Shown here: in pieces, positions 42,379 through 55,200 of the stretch | Position numbering within the stretch: the stretch's first letter is position 1 | Layout of the letters: each line of letters opens with the position of its first letter | Source of the DNA: Nemertoderma westbladi | Taxonomy: Eukaryota > Animalia > Xenacoelomorpha | Length of the DNA stretch: 64,000 nt | Direction: 5' to 3' | NCBI GenBank assembly: GCA_032718475.1 | Contig: JAUCBJ010005935.1 | Span: forward strand, 62,001 to 126,000 | Notes under the pieces: model-generated | The model's database searches: none | What the model saw: the letters and a program-made list of their open reading frames with translations, nothing else | Told to the model about the DNA's origin: nothing | Program-made: the position numbers and the translations under genes

Positions 42379-42458
42379 AACTATTTGCATAAATTGACCC
42401 ACCCCCTAACAGTGTCAATTCGCTAAGGCTCCGCCAACTTCGTGGCTCGCCCCACAAG
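41447..42458. mobile_element. Helentron/DINE-like element with internal tandem subunits and (GAC)n tract
   Basis: Longer inverted relative of the 24.3-kb element; (GAC)n at about 42274-42378; repeated gccctctagc motif. Confidence 0.65.
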
Positions 42459-42558
42459 GTTTATCTAAAATAGCAATCTAGACCTATTTTGTGTTTCGTC
42501 TCTAGAACCGTCGTACAGTATTACAGTAGCTCTCTGTCTGTATGGATTAGTACTCTAC

Positions 42559-42749
42559 CTCCGTTGCATCGGCGTCGCTTGCTGTATCATCGTGTACCAA
42601 CTTGAGTGTAAAGTCTGTGTCTAGAATTCCAGATAATTCGAAGTTATCGCCGATATCCCTTGGAACATTGCCGTTCTCGTTCACATTAACTTCCAACTCG
42701 GCTCCTCCACTAAACGGCGACCCCTGTTCCGCGAAGCAAGGCAGCTGAG
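42559..42749 (-). CDS. Cadherin exon 2 (EC1, N-terminal half)
   Basis: ttccag|CT QLPCFAEQGSPFSGGAELEVNVNENGNVPRDIGDNFELSG...DATE|gtagag; phases 1/0. Confidence 0.82.
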
Positions 42750-43227
42750 CTGGAATATAATAACAAAAAAGTGAAAATCACAATGTATAGAGGGGTGGGG
42801 GCTAATAGGTCTATAGATCACACTTCCTTGAAATCCAAAAGTTATGTCTGGGGTAGTAGAAATTAACCTAATTCTTCGAGTAGTAAATTGTCTATTAATC
42901 CCTGTATCAGATGTTTTTATTTTGAAAAATATTTCAATACCTCTTATCTTCAATGTTCTGTATTCCTATTGTAACTTAATATTGTTAACCAGAATACACC
43001 CCCTATTTATATGGGGTTCCAAACATGTCAAAAACAATTTTGCATTTGAATTTCAAACATTGGGGTGGGGGTAAGGAGCCAATTAGAGAGATGGTACTCT
43101 ACTCATAGTGAGCAGAAGCGATAATAACCATAATTATTTGGCCTACTCCAGTTGTCAAATTTAATAATATGCGTATATATAACGATTTTGTTTTTGATCT
43201 TGGGTCTTCAGTTCAGATTGTGTTAAT

Positions 43228-43541
43228 GTTAAGACACGTGCGTGGGGCGTCGCCCCACGCAAGCAGGCTTTGCATGAGCAAGTTCGATTTGATCTGAAGT
43301 CAAAAGTTTGAGAGGTAATTGCCCGTAACTTTAAAAAATATTGTAAATTTTTCTCTAGTATGAACCCATACAAAATTTGGTTGATAATGGTTAAAATCTT
43401 CAAAAGTTATTTACGAATGAATTTTTCATTACAGACAGACAAACAGACGGACGGACAGACAGACGGACGTGATATTTTGCCCTATTTACTAATTATAATT
43501 GTGCGCTAAGGCTCGCCCTGACAGCGTGGCTCGCCCCACGG
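43228..43541. mobile_element. Short related Helentron/DINE-like element with (ACAG/ACGG)n
   Basis: Ends aagacacg..gtgggg and cgctaaggctc...cgtggctcgccccac match the termini of the 41.4-42.5 kb element; microsatellite at 43431-43469. Confidence 0.5.
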
Positions 43542-43751
43542 TAAACTATTAATTGAAACTCATCATATTTATTATTACACATACATAAAAACATCATCAT
43601 CTGATTTTTCCCAGAACCCACCCAGCCCCCTTCGGCCAAATCCCGTAACTACTTGAAATTCAGCGCATGGTGGATTTCGGAGAATGGAGAACTAACCCAA
43701 AGATCCAATACGGCAGGGTAAATCAACCAAGGGAAAATCAACCCAAGCAAC

Positions 43752-45607
43752 CCAATGGTTGCGAACTTTGTTCCAATGGTTGCGAACTTTGTTCCAATGG
43801 TTGCGAACTTTGTTCCAATGAGAGTAGTCCAACTGCGAACATTGTTCCAATGGTTGCGAACTTTGTTCCAATGGTTGCGAACTTAGTTCCAATGGTAGCG
43901 AACTTAGTTTCAATGGTTGCGAACTTTGTGCCAATGGTTGCGAACTTTGTTCCAATGGTTGCGAACTTTGTTCCAATGGTCGCGAACTTAGTTCTAATGG
44001 TTGCGAACTTTGTTCCAATGGTTGCGAACTTTGTTCCAATGAGAGTAGTCCAACTGCGAACATTGTTCCAATGGTTGCGAACTTAGTTTCAATGGTTGCG
44101 AACTTTGTGCCAATGGTTGCGAACTTTGTTCCAATGGTTGCGAACTTTGTGCCAATGGTTGCGAACTTTGTTCCAAAGGGTTGCGAACTTTGTTCCAATG
44201 GTAGCGAACTTTGTTCCAATGGTCGCGAACTTAGTTCTAATGGTTGCGAACTTTGTTCCAATGGTTGCGAACTTTGTTCCAATGAGAGTAGTCCAACTGC
44301 GAACATTGTTCCAATGGTTGCGAACTTTGTTCCAATGGTTGCGAACTTAGTTCCAATGGTAGCGAACTTAGTTTCAATGGTTGCGAACTTTGTGCCAATG
44401 GTTGCGAACTTTGTTCCAATGGTTGCGAACTTTGTTCCAATGGTCGCGAACTTAGTTTCAATGGTTGCGAACTTTGTGCCAATGGTTGCGAACTTTGTTC
44501 CAATGGTTGCGAACTTAGTTCCAATGGTTGCGAACTTAGTTCCAATGGTTGCGAACTTTGTGCCAATGGTTGCGAACTTTGTTCCAATGGTTGCGAACTT
44601 TGTTCCAATGAGAGTAGTCCAACTGCGAACATTGTTCCAATGGTTGCGAACTTTGTTCCAATGGTTGCGAACTTAGTTCCAATGGTAGCGAACTTAGTTT
44701 CAATGGTTGCGAACTTTGTGCCAATGGTTGCGAACTTTGTTCCAATGGTTGCGAACTTTGTTCCAATGGTCGCGAACTTAGTTCTAATGGTTGCGAACTT
44801 TGTTCCAATGGTTGCGAACTTTGTTCCAATGAGAGTAGTCCAACTGCGAACATTGTTCCAATGGTTGCGAACTTAGTTTCAATGGTTGCGAACTTTGTGC
44901 CAATGGTTGCGAACTTTGTTCCAATGGTTGCGAACTTTGTGCCAATGGTTGCGAACTTTGTTCCAATGGTTGCGAACTTTGTTCCAATGGTAGCGAACTT
45001 TGTTCCAATGGTCGCGAACTTAGTTCTAATGGTTGCGAACTTTGTTCCAATGGTTGCGAACTTTGTTCCAATGAGAGTAGTCCAACTGCGAACATTGTTC
45101 CAATGGTTGCGAACTTTGTTCCAATGGTTGCGAACTTAGTTCCAATGGTAGCGAACTTAGTTTCAATGGTTGCGAACTTTGTGCCAATGGTTGCGAACTT
45201 TGTTCCAATGGTTGCGAACTTTGTTCCAATGGTCGCGAACTTAGTTTCAATGGTTGCGAACTTTGTGCCAATGGTTGCGAACTTTGTTCCAATGGTTGCG
45301 AACTTAGTTCCAATGGTTGCGAACTTAGTTCCAATGGTTGCGAACTTTGTGCCAATGGTTGCGAACTTTGTTCCAATGGTTGCGAACTTTGTTCCAATGA
45401 GAGTAGTTCAACTGCGAATATTGTTCCAATGGTCGCGAACTTAGTTCCAATGGTTGCGAACTTAGTTCCAATGGTAGCGAACTTAGTTTCAATGGTTGCG
45501 AACTTTGTGCCAATGGTTGCGAACTTTGTACCAATGGTTGCGAACATTGTTCCAATGGTTGCGAACTTAGTTCCTATGGTTGCGAACTTAGTTCCAACTT
45601 AGTTCCA
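43752..45607. repeat. 21-bp satellite (ccaatggttgcgaactttgtt) with ~789-bp higher-order structure
   Basis: Direct tandem units; variant marker gagagtagt at 43820, 44041, 44284, 44610, 44831, 45073, 45399. Confidence 0.96.
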
Positions 45608-45710
45608 CATGTGATAATGCAAGCTAAGGTGATCAGGACGCAACCTGTCGATTCTCTATAAAGATCATCCCACACCGTAGTCTTTACACCATACGTGATG
45701 TAAGTACTTT

Positions 45711-48700
45711 GTAAGTACGTTAAGGTGGTGTATGTAAGTTATTTAGTGTGCCTGAGATGTAAGTACGTTAGTGTGGTGTATGTAAGTTATTTAGTGTGCC
45801 TGAGATGTAAGTACGTTAAGGTGGTGTATGTAAGTTATTTAGTGTGTTATAGATGTGAGTACTTTAGTGTAGTGTATGTAAGTTATTTAGTGTGCCTGAG
45901 ATGTAAGTACGTTAAGGTGGTGTATGTAAGTTATTTAGTGTGCCTGAGATGTAAGTATGTTAAGGTGGTGTATGTAAGTTATTTTGTGTGTTATAGATGT
46001 GAGTACTTTAGTGTGGTGTATGTAAGTTATTTAGTGTGCCTGAGATGTAAGTACGTTAAGGTGGTGTATGTAAGTTATTTAGTGTACCTGAGATGTAAGT
46101 ACGTTAATGTGGTGTATGTATGTTATTTAGTGTGCCTGAGATGTAAGTACGTTAAGGTGGTGTATGTAAGTTATTTAGTGTGCCTGGGATGTAAGTACGT
46201 TAAGGTGGTGTATGTAAGTTATTTAGTGTGTTATAGATGTGAGTACTTTAGTGTGGTGTATTTAAGTTATTTAGTGTGCCTGAGATGTAAGTACGTTAAG
46301 GTGGTGTATGTAAGTTATTTAGTGTGCCTGAGATGTAAGTACGTTAAGGTGGTGTATGTAAGTTATTTAGTGTGCCTGGGATATAAGTACGTTAAGGTGG
46401 TGTATGTAAGTTATTTAGTGTGTTATAGATGTGAGTACTTTAGTGTGGTGTATTTAAGTTATTTAGTGTGCCTGAGATGTAAGTACGTTAAGGTGGTGTA
46501 TGTAAGTTATTTAGTGTGCCTGAGATGTAAGTACGTTAAGGTGGTGTATGTAAGTTATTTAGTGTGCCTGAGATGTAAGTACGTTAAGGTGGTGTATGTA
46601 AGTTATTTAGTGTGCCTGAGATGTAAGTACGTAAGTTATTTAGTGTGCCTGAGATGTAAGTACGTTAAGGTGGTGTATGTAAGTTATTTATTGTGCTATA
46701 GATGTGAGTACTTTAGTGTGGTGTATTTAAGTTATTTAGTGTGCCTGAGATGTAAGTATGTTAAGGTGGTGTATGTAAGTTATTTAGTGTGCCTGAGATG
46801 TAAGTACGTTAAGGTGGTGTATGTAAGTTATTTAGTGTGCCTGGGATGTAAGTACGTTAAGGTGGTGTATGTAAGTTATTTAGTGTGTTATAGATGTGAG
46901 TACTTTAGTGTGGTGTATTTAAGTTATTTAGTGTGCCTGAGATGTAAGTACGTTAAGGTGGTGTATGTAAGTTATTTAGTGTGCCTGAGATGTAAGTACG
47001 TTAATGTGGTGTATGTAAGTTATTTAGTGTGCCTGAGATGTAAGTACGTTAAGGTGGTTTATGTAAGTTATTTAGTGTCCCTGAGATGTAAGTACGTTAA
47101 GGTGGTGTATGTACGTTATTTAGTGTGCCTGAGATGTAAGTACGTTAGTGTGGTGTATGTAAGTTATTTAGTGTTCCTGAGATGTAAGTACGTTAAGGTG
47201 GTGTATGTAAATTATTTAGTGTGCCTGAGATGTAAGTACGTTAGTGTGGTGTATGTAAATTATTTAGTGTGCCTGAAATGTAAGTACGTTAGTGTGGTGT
47301 ATGTAAGTTATTAAGTGTGCCTGAGATGTAAGTACGTTAAGGTGGTGTATGTAAGTTATTTAGTGTGCCTGAAATGTAAGTACGTTAAGGTGGTGTATGT
47401 TAGTTATTTAGTGTGCCTGAGATGTAAGTACGTTAGTGTGGTGCAGGTAAGTTATTTAGTGTGCCTGAGATGTAAGTACGTTAGTGTGGTGTATGTAAGT
47501 TATTTAGTGTGCCTGAGATGTAAGAACGTTAGTGTGGTGTATGTAAGTTATTTAGTGTGCCTGAGATGTAAGTACGTTAAGGTGGTGTATGTAAGTTATT
47601 TAGTGTGCCTGAGATGTAAGTACGTTAAGGTGGTGTATGTAAGTTATTTAGTGTGCCTGAGATGTAAGTACGTTAAGGTGGTGTATGTAAGTTATTTAGT
47701 GTGCCTGAGATGTAAGTACGTTAAGGTGATGTATGTAAGTTATTTAGTGTGCCTGAGATGTAAGTACGTTAAGGTGGTTTATGTAAGTTATTTAGTGTGC
47801 CTGAGATGTAAGTACGTTAAGGTGGTTTATGTAAGTTATTTAGTGTGCCTGAGATGTAAGTACGTTAAGGTGGTTTATGTAAGTTATTTAGTGTGCCTGA
47901 GATGTAAGTACGTTAATGTGGTGTATGTAAGTTATTTAGTGTGCCTGAGATGTAAGTACGTTAGTGTGGTGTATGTAAGTTATTTAGTGTGCCTGAGATG
48001 TAAGTACGTTAAGGTGGTGTATGTAAGTTATTTAGTGTGCCTGAGATGTAAGTACGTTAAGGTGGTGTATGTAAGTTATTTAGTGTGCCTGAGATGTAAG
48101 TACGTTAAGGTGGTTTATGTAAGTTATTTAGTGTGCCTGAGATGTAAGTACGTTAGTGTGGTGTATGTAAGTTATTTAGTGTGCCTGAGATGTAAGTACG
48201 TTAAGGTGGTGTATGTACGTTATTTAGTGTGCCTGAGATGTAAGTACGTTAGTGTGGTGTATGTAAGTTATTTAGTGTGCCTGAGATGTAAGTACGTAAG
48301 TGTGGTGCAGGTAAGTTATTTAGTGTGCCTGAGATGTAAGTACGTTAGTGTGGTGTATGTAAATTATTTAGTGTGCCTGAGATGTAAGTACGTAAGTGTG
48401 GTGCAGGTAAGTTATTTAGTGTGCCTGAGATGTAAGTACGTTAGTGTGGTGTATGTAAGTTATTTAGTGTGCCTGAGATGTAAGTACGTAAGTGTGGTGC
48501 AGGTAAGTTATTTAGTGTGCCTGAGATGTAAGTACGTTAGTGTGGTGTATGTAAGTTATTTAGTGTGCCTGAGATGTAAGTACGTTAAGGTGGTGTATGT
48601 AAATTATTTAGTGTGCCTGAGATGTAAGTACGTTAGTGTGGTGTATGTAAATTATTTAGTGTGCCTGAAATGTAAGTACGTTAGTGTGGTGTATGTAAGT

Positions 48701-48846
48701 TATTTAGTGTGCCTGAAATGTAAGTACGTTAAGGTGGTGTATGTTAGTTATTTAGTGTGCCTGAGATGTAAGTACGTAAGTGTGGTGCAGGTAAGTTATT
48801 TAGTGTGCTTGAGATGTAAGTACGTTAGTGTGGTGTATGTATGTTA
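45711..48846. repeat. 48-bp satellite (2 x 24-bp halves), about 65 copies
   Basis: Unit gtaagtacgttaaggtggtgtatgtaagttatttagtgtgcctgagat. Confidence 0.97.
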
Positions 48847-49141
48847 TTCCCGACTGTTTTTCAACGGGATTCCGAAGTATAAATTGTGAAGTAAATTTGT
48901 TCAATATCTGGTGAACAGTTGCACCAGAACATACATTTATTGATTATAATATTGAATTAATATGTAAACCATTTATCTTCTAATATTTTAGCACTGTGCA
49001 ATAAGTCAGGCTGTATCTGTATAAAGGAACACACTATTTTCCTTAATATTTCTTTTTCGTTGCTATTGATACTAACAAAAGGTTTGTAACTGTCACTGTA
49101 GCTACATGTTATATGTAACGCTGTGAACAACAAACATCTCC

Positions 49142-49940
49142 CTTAATACAACAACCAATTTTAGCCTCATCTAACTTATTTTTTTTTAATTTCAAACATA
49201 TGCTACGAAATTTGGTATGATGTTAGTTTTTACTGCTGGCAGGGCAGGATTTTTAAATTTCTGTGCTATTTCGATACAACAAGCCGATAAAAATCGTCTA
49301 TTTGACAATAATATATATAGCCACCTCCATCGGATTTATTTCTCGTCTTTGAAATATAATCTAGATATCTTCATCTGCAGATTCCGAATCTGAAAACCGT
49401 TTTAAATTTCACAAGAAATTGCCAAAGATATTATCAAAATACTACGCTGTAAATTTTGAGACGTAAATCGCTATAATTCTAATGTTTTTTGTCTTCATTC
49501 TAGAATATTAATTATTATTTAGCTGAGCGTTTAAAACTCTACATGTTGTTTCTTCATTGCGCGTAATTAATATAACTTCAGTAAATATAATCATATTATA
49601 TTATAATATTATAAATATAATATCTCCGGAAGTTATTGGTGAAATTGAAAGTTGTTTCGGATTCGGAATCTACAGATGAAGGCTGTTCTAATGATATCTA
49701 GATTACATTCCAAAGGCCAAAAATAAAACTGACGGAGGTGGCTAAAAATTGTCAAATAGCCAATTTTATCGGCTTGTTGTATCGAAATAGCTCAAATATT
49801 GAAAATATCTTACTTGCCGGCCAGGCCAACAGTAAGAAAAGTTGTCGAACTATCATCGTACCAAATTTCATAGCATGTGATTGAAATTTGAAAACAATTT
49901 AGGGGTGGGGGGGTACTTACTAGAAATGGTTGTGGTATTT
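49142..49940. mobile_element. Foldback/MITE with long imperfect inverted repeats, TTAA-like ends
   Basis: 49190-49411 (gctatttcgatacaacaagccgataaaa; tagccacctcc; gattccgaatc) is the reverse complement of 49639-49888. Confidence 0.7.
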
Positions 49941-50940
49941 ATAGTCGAGTCAATCTAGCAAAAAACCCATAAGTATTTCGCAATCAATCCGAACCACACA
50001 TTTTGGATTCTATATTACCTTATTAATTACCAAAAAAAAGTCTATAAAATTTTATTTTGCGGATCATATGTTTATTCATGGAAATTCTGCGTAAATTTGC
50101 ATAACAGAAGCCAAACAAAAGGAACAGTAGGGAAAAGTAAGTAGCAAATTGGTGATGTTCTAGAATAATTTAATTAATTTCACAATAAGCTGTGATTCAA
50201 TGTGAAATTAGTAATATTTACACTGGCGTGTTACACATTAATTGCTATATCTCTGAAACTAGAAGTCACATCAAATTTTTAAATATATCAAAAACTTCAC
50301 GATATATTAAGGAAACTGTTGTAAAAAAATTATACAATTCTACTGCAAGGAAATTTCATAATTTCCATTAATATTAGTGAAGATTTTTCACATAATTAAA
50401 TTGTGATTGCTCTATTGATTTTAGGTGTAATTTATTTATTTGTTTTAGTTTGAAAACCGCAATAGTTTATCATATAACAAATAATTTTTTTGGGGATAAG
50501 GGTTTTTGAGGTCGATAAATCCGATGGGCGAGGTTATATCCACCCGTTTAGTAGAGAAGTTGTGTAAATAAGATCCTTATATTGTACCAGCAAAATTGGT
50601 ATTAAAAATTGTTAAATTATTACACAAATTTCCGTTGCTCTGAAAACTAAATTGGTAACTATCTAGAAGTGCATACTTCAGTCAATCGATAGTCATTAGA
50701 GTAAAGTTTGTCTGTACCAAATTTGGAGAAAATACCACCAATAGACCCCTTGTTGCTATGTAAAATCCATGTTGCTAAGGAAAGAAACAGGAAATTGAAG
50801 GTGATCCGCATAATATATTTTTATAGACTTTTTTGGGGGTATTAACAAGGTAATTTAGAATAAAATAAAATTGGTTTGGATGAATTGCGAATTTGTTATG
50901 GGTTGACACCCTTTTTCGGCTAGATTGACTCGCCTATTAA
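49941..50940. mobile_element. Second MITE abutting the first, ~130-bp imperfect TIRs
   Basis: atag.cgagtcaatctagc...aaaaaagtctataaaa...tgcggatca versus tgatccgca...tttatagacttttt...gctagattgactcgcctat ttaa. Confidence 0.7.
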
Positions 50941-51005
50941 GGGAGATGGTGTAAATACAGTACTGTATAAACAAACATTTACACGTAATATACTTAGATG
51001 GAACG

Positions 51006-52144
51006 GGTACTACTATGTTATGGGTACCCACTTTTTAAACAAATTTATTCATATGAAAATTGCTTTTATCATGAGGTTTTTTGTTCTAGAACAAGTATTT
51101 AACCTTCTGCCAGTACGATGGTAGCTAGTAATTTTGATTTTGTGTTATAGCTAGTACTTTTTATTACCTATTGAAAAAAATTATAATGGAAAAATTGAAA
51201 AAAAATTTGACCAACTATTTTCTTGTAAAAATATATTTTATTTTGAAGTTTTTTATCTAGAACAAATATTTGACCTTCTGACAGTAAGATGGAGCTAGTA
51301 CTATTAATTTTGTGTTAGCTAGTACTATTTATTAGCTAGTAAATGTAAGATATACTGGTAATTTAATTCTCAATTATATATTTGCATGGAATAATTTATG
51401 AGTCATGGCAGCTAGTAATTTTTATTTGATAGTCAACGTAGCTAGTAATTATTCACTAGCTAGTTTTTTATACAAAATATGAGATACAGATGTAAAAATA
51501 GAGTTTTTACATATTTTACTTATTTAGGCCTATTTTACTTATTACTAGATTTATTTATCTTTTTATTAGTCATTTCTACAGAAGAATATATTGATGATAT
51601 GGAAATTGTCTAAATAAAAGGGGCACTACAAAATTTCTTTTCTAATTTTAAGATCACTATCTATCTACCTTTAAAAACACTAGCTACCATAATAAAAAAT
51701 AATAGCTAACCTCGCTCAGAAGGTGAAATAATTTATGTTCTAGAACAAAAAACCATCTTGATAATATCCATTAACATGGTCCAAAATATTATTTTGTAAT
51801 TTTAAGATCTCTAGCTACTTTTAAAAACACTAGCTACTTTAATAAAAAATAATAGGTAACCTCTCTCAGAAGGTGAAATTTATGTTCTAGAACGAAAAAC
51901 AACATGATAATATCCAATAATATGGTAAAAATAATTGCTCAAAAATTTGGGGCCAAAAATTTGGTTTTGTAATTTTAAAAACAGTAGCTACCTAAAAGAA
52001 ATCACTAGCTACCATAAAAAAAACAATAGCTAACGTCTAACAGAAGATGACATTAATGTTATAAAACAAAAAACCTCAAGATAATAGCCATTAACATTGT
52101 CAAATAAATGGTCAAAAAGTGGGTACCCATAACATAGTAGTACC
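51006..52144. mobile_element. Mutator/Foldback-like non-autonomous element with 9-bp TSD
   Basis: Perfect terminal IR ggtactactatgttatgggtacccacttttt, longer imperfect IRs inside, and direct repeat gatggaacg at 50997-51005 and 52145-52153. Confidence 0.85.
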
Positions 52145-52252
52145 GATGGAACGTACGTACATAAGTATTAATTAATTAATTATATATTTTATGATTTTTG
52201 TATTGTTGTATTGTTGTATATTAATATTAATATTGTTCAAGAGAATTAGCTG

Positions 52253-55200
52253 ATGTCTTCCAAAAATCTCCTTGCTGACATCCCACTCAATTACTCAGAA
52301 CCTGTTATTAAAGGCCCAGCGGATAATAAACATTACAAACCATTTACCCTCGAAGGCAGTGGTATCAAAGTACTTCTCATTCAGGATGTAGTCAAATTCG
52401 GAAAGCCGATTGAAAGACCAAGTCTGGAATCCCTGTTCAAAAAAAACAATGAAAAGCAAGGGTTGTCTTCTGTAGAAGATGACGTTGAAACAGTGAATGA
52501 CGTCAGTGGGTCTAGTAGTAGTAGTAGTAGTGGAACGTCGTGTTTGCTGAGCGACAAATACATTAGGAACAGCAGCATTCTGACGTCAGAGGAAAAGAAG
52601 GCGGCCGTTGCATTGTGTGTGGGCGCTGGTAGCTTCGATGATCCTGATGGATTGCCGGGATTGGCTCACTTCCTCGAGCATATGTTGTTCATGGGCAGTA
52701 AGAAGTATCCGAAGGAGAACAGCTGGGAAACCTTTATCGATGAGCACGGAGAATCGGAAAATGCCTACACAGACCACGAACGTACAGTGTTTCATTTTTC
52801 CATACAGCAAGAGTTTCTCAAAGAAGCTTTGGAACGGTTTGCGAGTTATTTTATATCACCATTGTTTGATAAAGATTCGATGAAGAAAGAACTAAAAGCG
52901 CTCGATAGCGAGTTTCAAATGAAGAGCACAACCGACTGCCATCGTCAAGAACAGGTTCTTCAAACAACGGTTAAACCATCTCATCCAATGTCGCGCTTCT
53001 TTTGGGGGAATATAGAAACATTGTCCACAATCCCTGAGCGGGAAGGCATCAATGTAAGAGACAGAATTGTAAAGTTTTATGAAGACATTTATAAGAAACG
53101 ATTGATAACAATATGTGTACAGTCTCTTCACCCATTGGAAACAGTGGAGAAATGGGTGACTAAATCATTTTCTAAATTTCACGCAAACTTGGAGACCAAA
53201 GACGAAAATATAGAGCGAGTTTTTCTTAAAAAATATCCTTTTATTCGTGAAAGCTTCAACAAAATATTACACATTAGACCTATCTTCGATCACAATAAAA
53301 TATGTGTGACCTGGTCTATAGATTCAACATTCCAGTTTTATAAAGAGAAACCTCTCGTATTTTTATCCAGTTTATTAGGTCATGAAGGCGAAGGGTCTAT
53401 AATAAATTACTTAAGGAAACGACTATGGGCTGTTGAAATCGTAGCAGGTCAAACAGACAGCGGATTTGAGGATAACTCATTCCAAAGTCTTTTTCATGTT
53501 GACATATTTCTAACTCATGATGGTCTTAAGAATGTTATGACTGTTATCAACATTGTCCATCAGTATATAAATATGTTAAACAGATGTCAACCTTATGATT
53601 GGCTCTGGAGTGATATTGCCAATATATCTCAGTTGGAATTTGTTTTCAGAAGCGAAACAGATCCTGAGATAAATGTAGATAATATTGCGTGCGCTATGCA
53701 AAAATACAACCCAGAGGACTATTTAATAGGGGACTACTTGGTTCTCACATCAGGTTCAGAGGTTGTTGATACAGTTTTGCATTTACTAACACCACGAGCC
53801 GCAAATTATCGACTTGTCTCAAAACATTACTTTACAAATAAATTCAACTTAGTTGAGCCATGGTTCGGCACACAATACGGGGTAGAAGACATCCCTGAAG
53901 ATCAAAATAATACTTGGGAAACCGACCAACAACTTGAGTACTTGCATCTCCCGCCACAAAACAAATACATACCACATGACTTTGCTATAAAATGGGATGA
54001 CAATACTTGTAATTCGTATGACGCTGATGAACTCATCAAATATCGTAAGAAACCCACATTAATTTGCGACAATCTCGGATGCCAAGTTTGGTTTCAACCG
54101 GATTTAAAATTCAGAGTACCCAAGGCATATGTGAAATTCCACCTTATGACCAATTTCAATTACAGGGCACCATTTGAATTTGTCACTGGGCAACTTTTAG
54201 CAATGATTATTATGCAACGGTTAGCCCCAGTTCTGTATAACGCAAGGTCTGCTGATATGAATTACAGAGTGTACACTGGTCATTTGGGATTAGTACTTTC
54301 TCTTCACGGTTACAATGACAAATTGCTTCTTCTTATGAAAACGGTTATACGTTTCATAGCTGAGTTTGAATGTTGTCAAGAAGTATTTGATGTAGCAAAG
54401 AAAATGTTTGCGAGGGAATGTCAAAATGCTATGCGAAACCCACAAATACTTTGCAAGGAAATGAGATTGCGAGTGTTACCCCAAAGTTACTGGAACACAA
54501 GAGATCAATATCAAATTCTTGAATCTATTCATTTGAGTGATCTTAGAACCTACCTAAATAGATTGCTGCATAATTTGCACATTAATGGACTAATACAAGG
54601 GAATTTAACGAAGGAAGATGCCTTGGAATATGTTGATGTTGTGATCAGTCAACTACAACTCGGGGTTCTTGATAAATGGGCGATTCCTCATCTTAGAGTT
54701 TATGAGATTCCCTGGGGACAACACGTTCTTCGAGTTCGCAACCCCATGGCGGGGGATGTCAATTCCGTTACCTCTAACTACTACCAGTTCGGATCTTCCA
54801 CCATCGACACGTTGCTAATGATGGAAATTTTGACAGACTTTCTAGTCGAACCGGTGTCTGAGATTCTGCGCACAAAGGAACAACTCGGTTACGACATCCG
54901 TTGTGAGATGCGGCCGATATTCGGCACAATCGGATTTCACATCCAAGTCATCTACCAAATAGATAGGCACAGTCCTAATCATGTTGATAACAAGATCGAG
55001 GAATGCCTAACTACTATGAAAAGAAAGATTCGACTAATGAGCAAACATATGTTTGGTGAGCTGGTTGAAGGGTTAATTAGCAGTAAAGTGGCAGAGGAAA
55101 ATAGCCTAGGAGAGGAAGTATCACGAAATTGGCGAGAAATTCTAAATCGCACGTATCTGTTCAACAGACGCGTGCATGAAATTTCACATTTGACGAAATT

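Noticed and set aside
42224-42457. Poly-Arg / poly-Asp ORFs
   Set aside because: Translations of a (GAC)n microsatellite within a repeat element.
43667-45555. MVANFVP / LEQSSQP repeat ORFs
   Set aside because: The 21-bp satellite is open in several frames on both strands, and variant units shift frame.
45725-48889. 529-aa and 524-aa CLRCKYVKVVYVSYLV ORFs as real proteins
   Set aside because: GTG starts, no unique domains or signal peptide, and an internal stop. A stop-free frame arises easily in a homogeneous 48-bp repeat.
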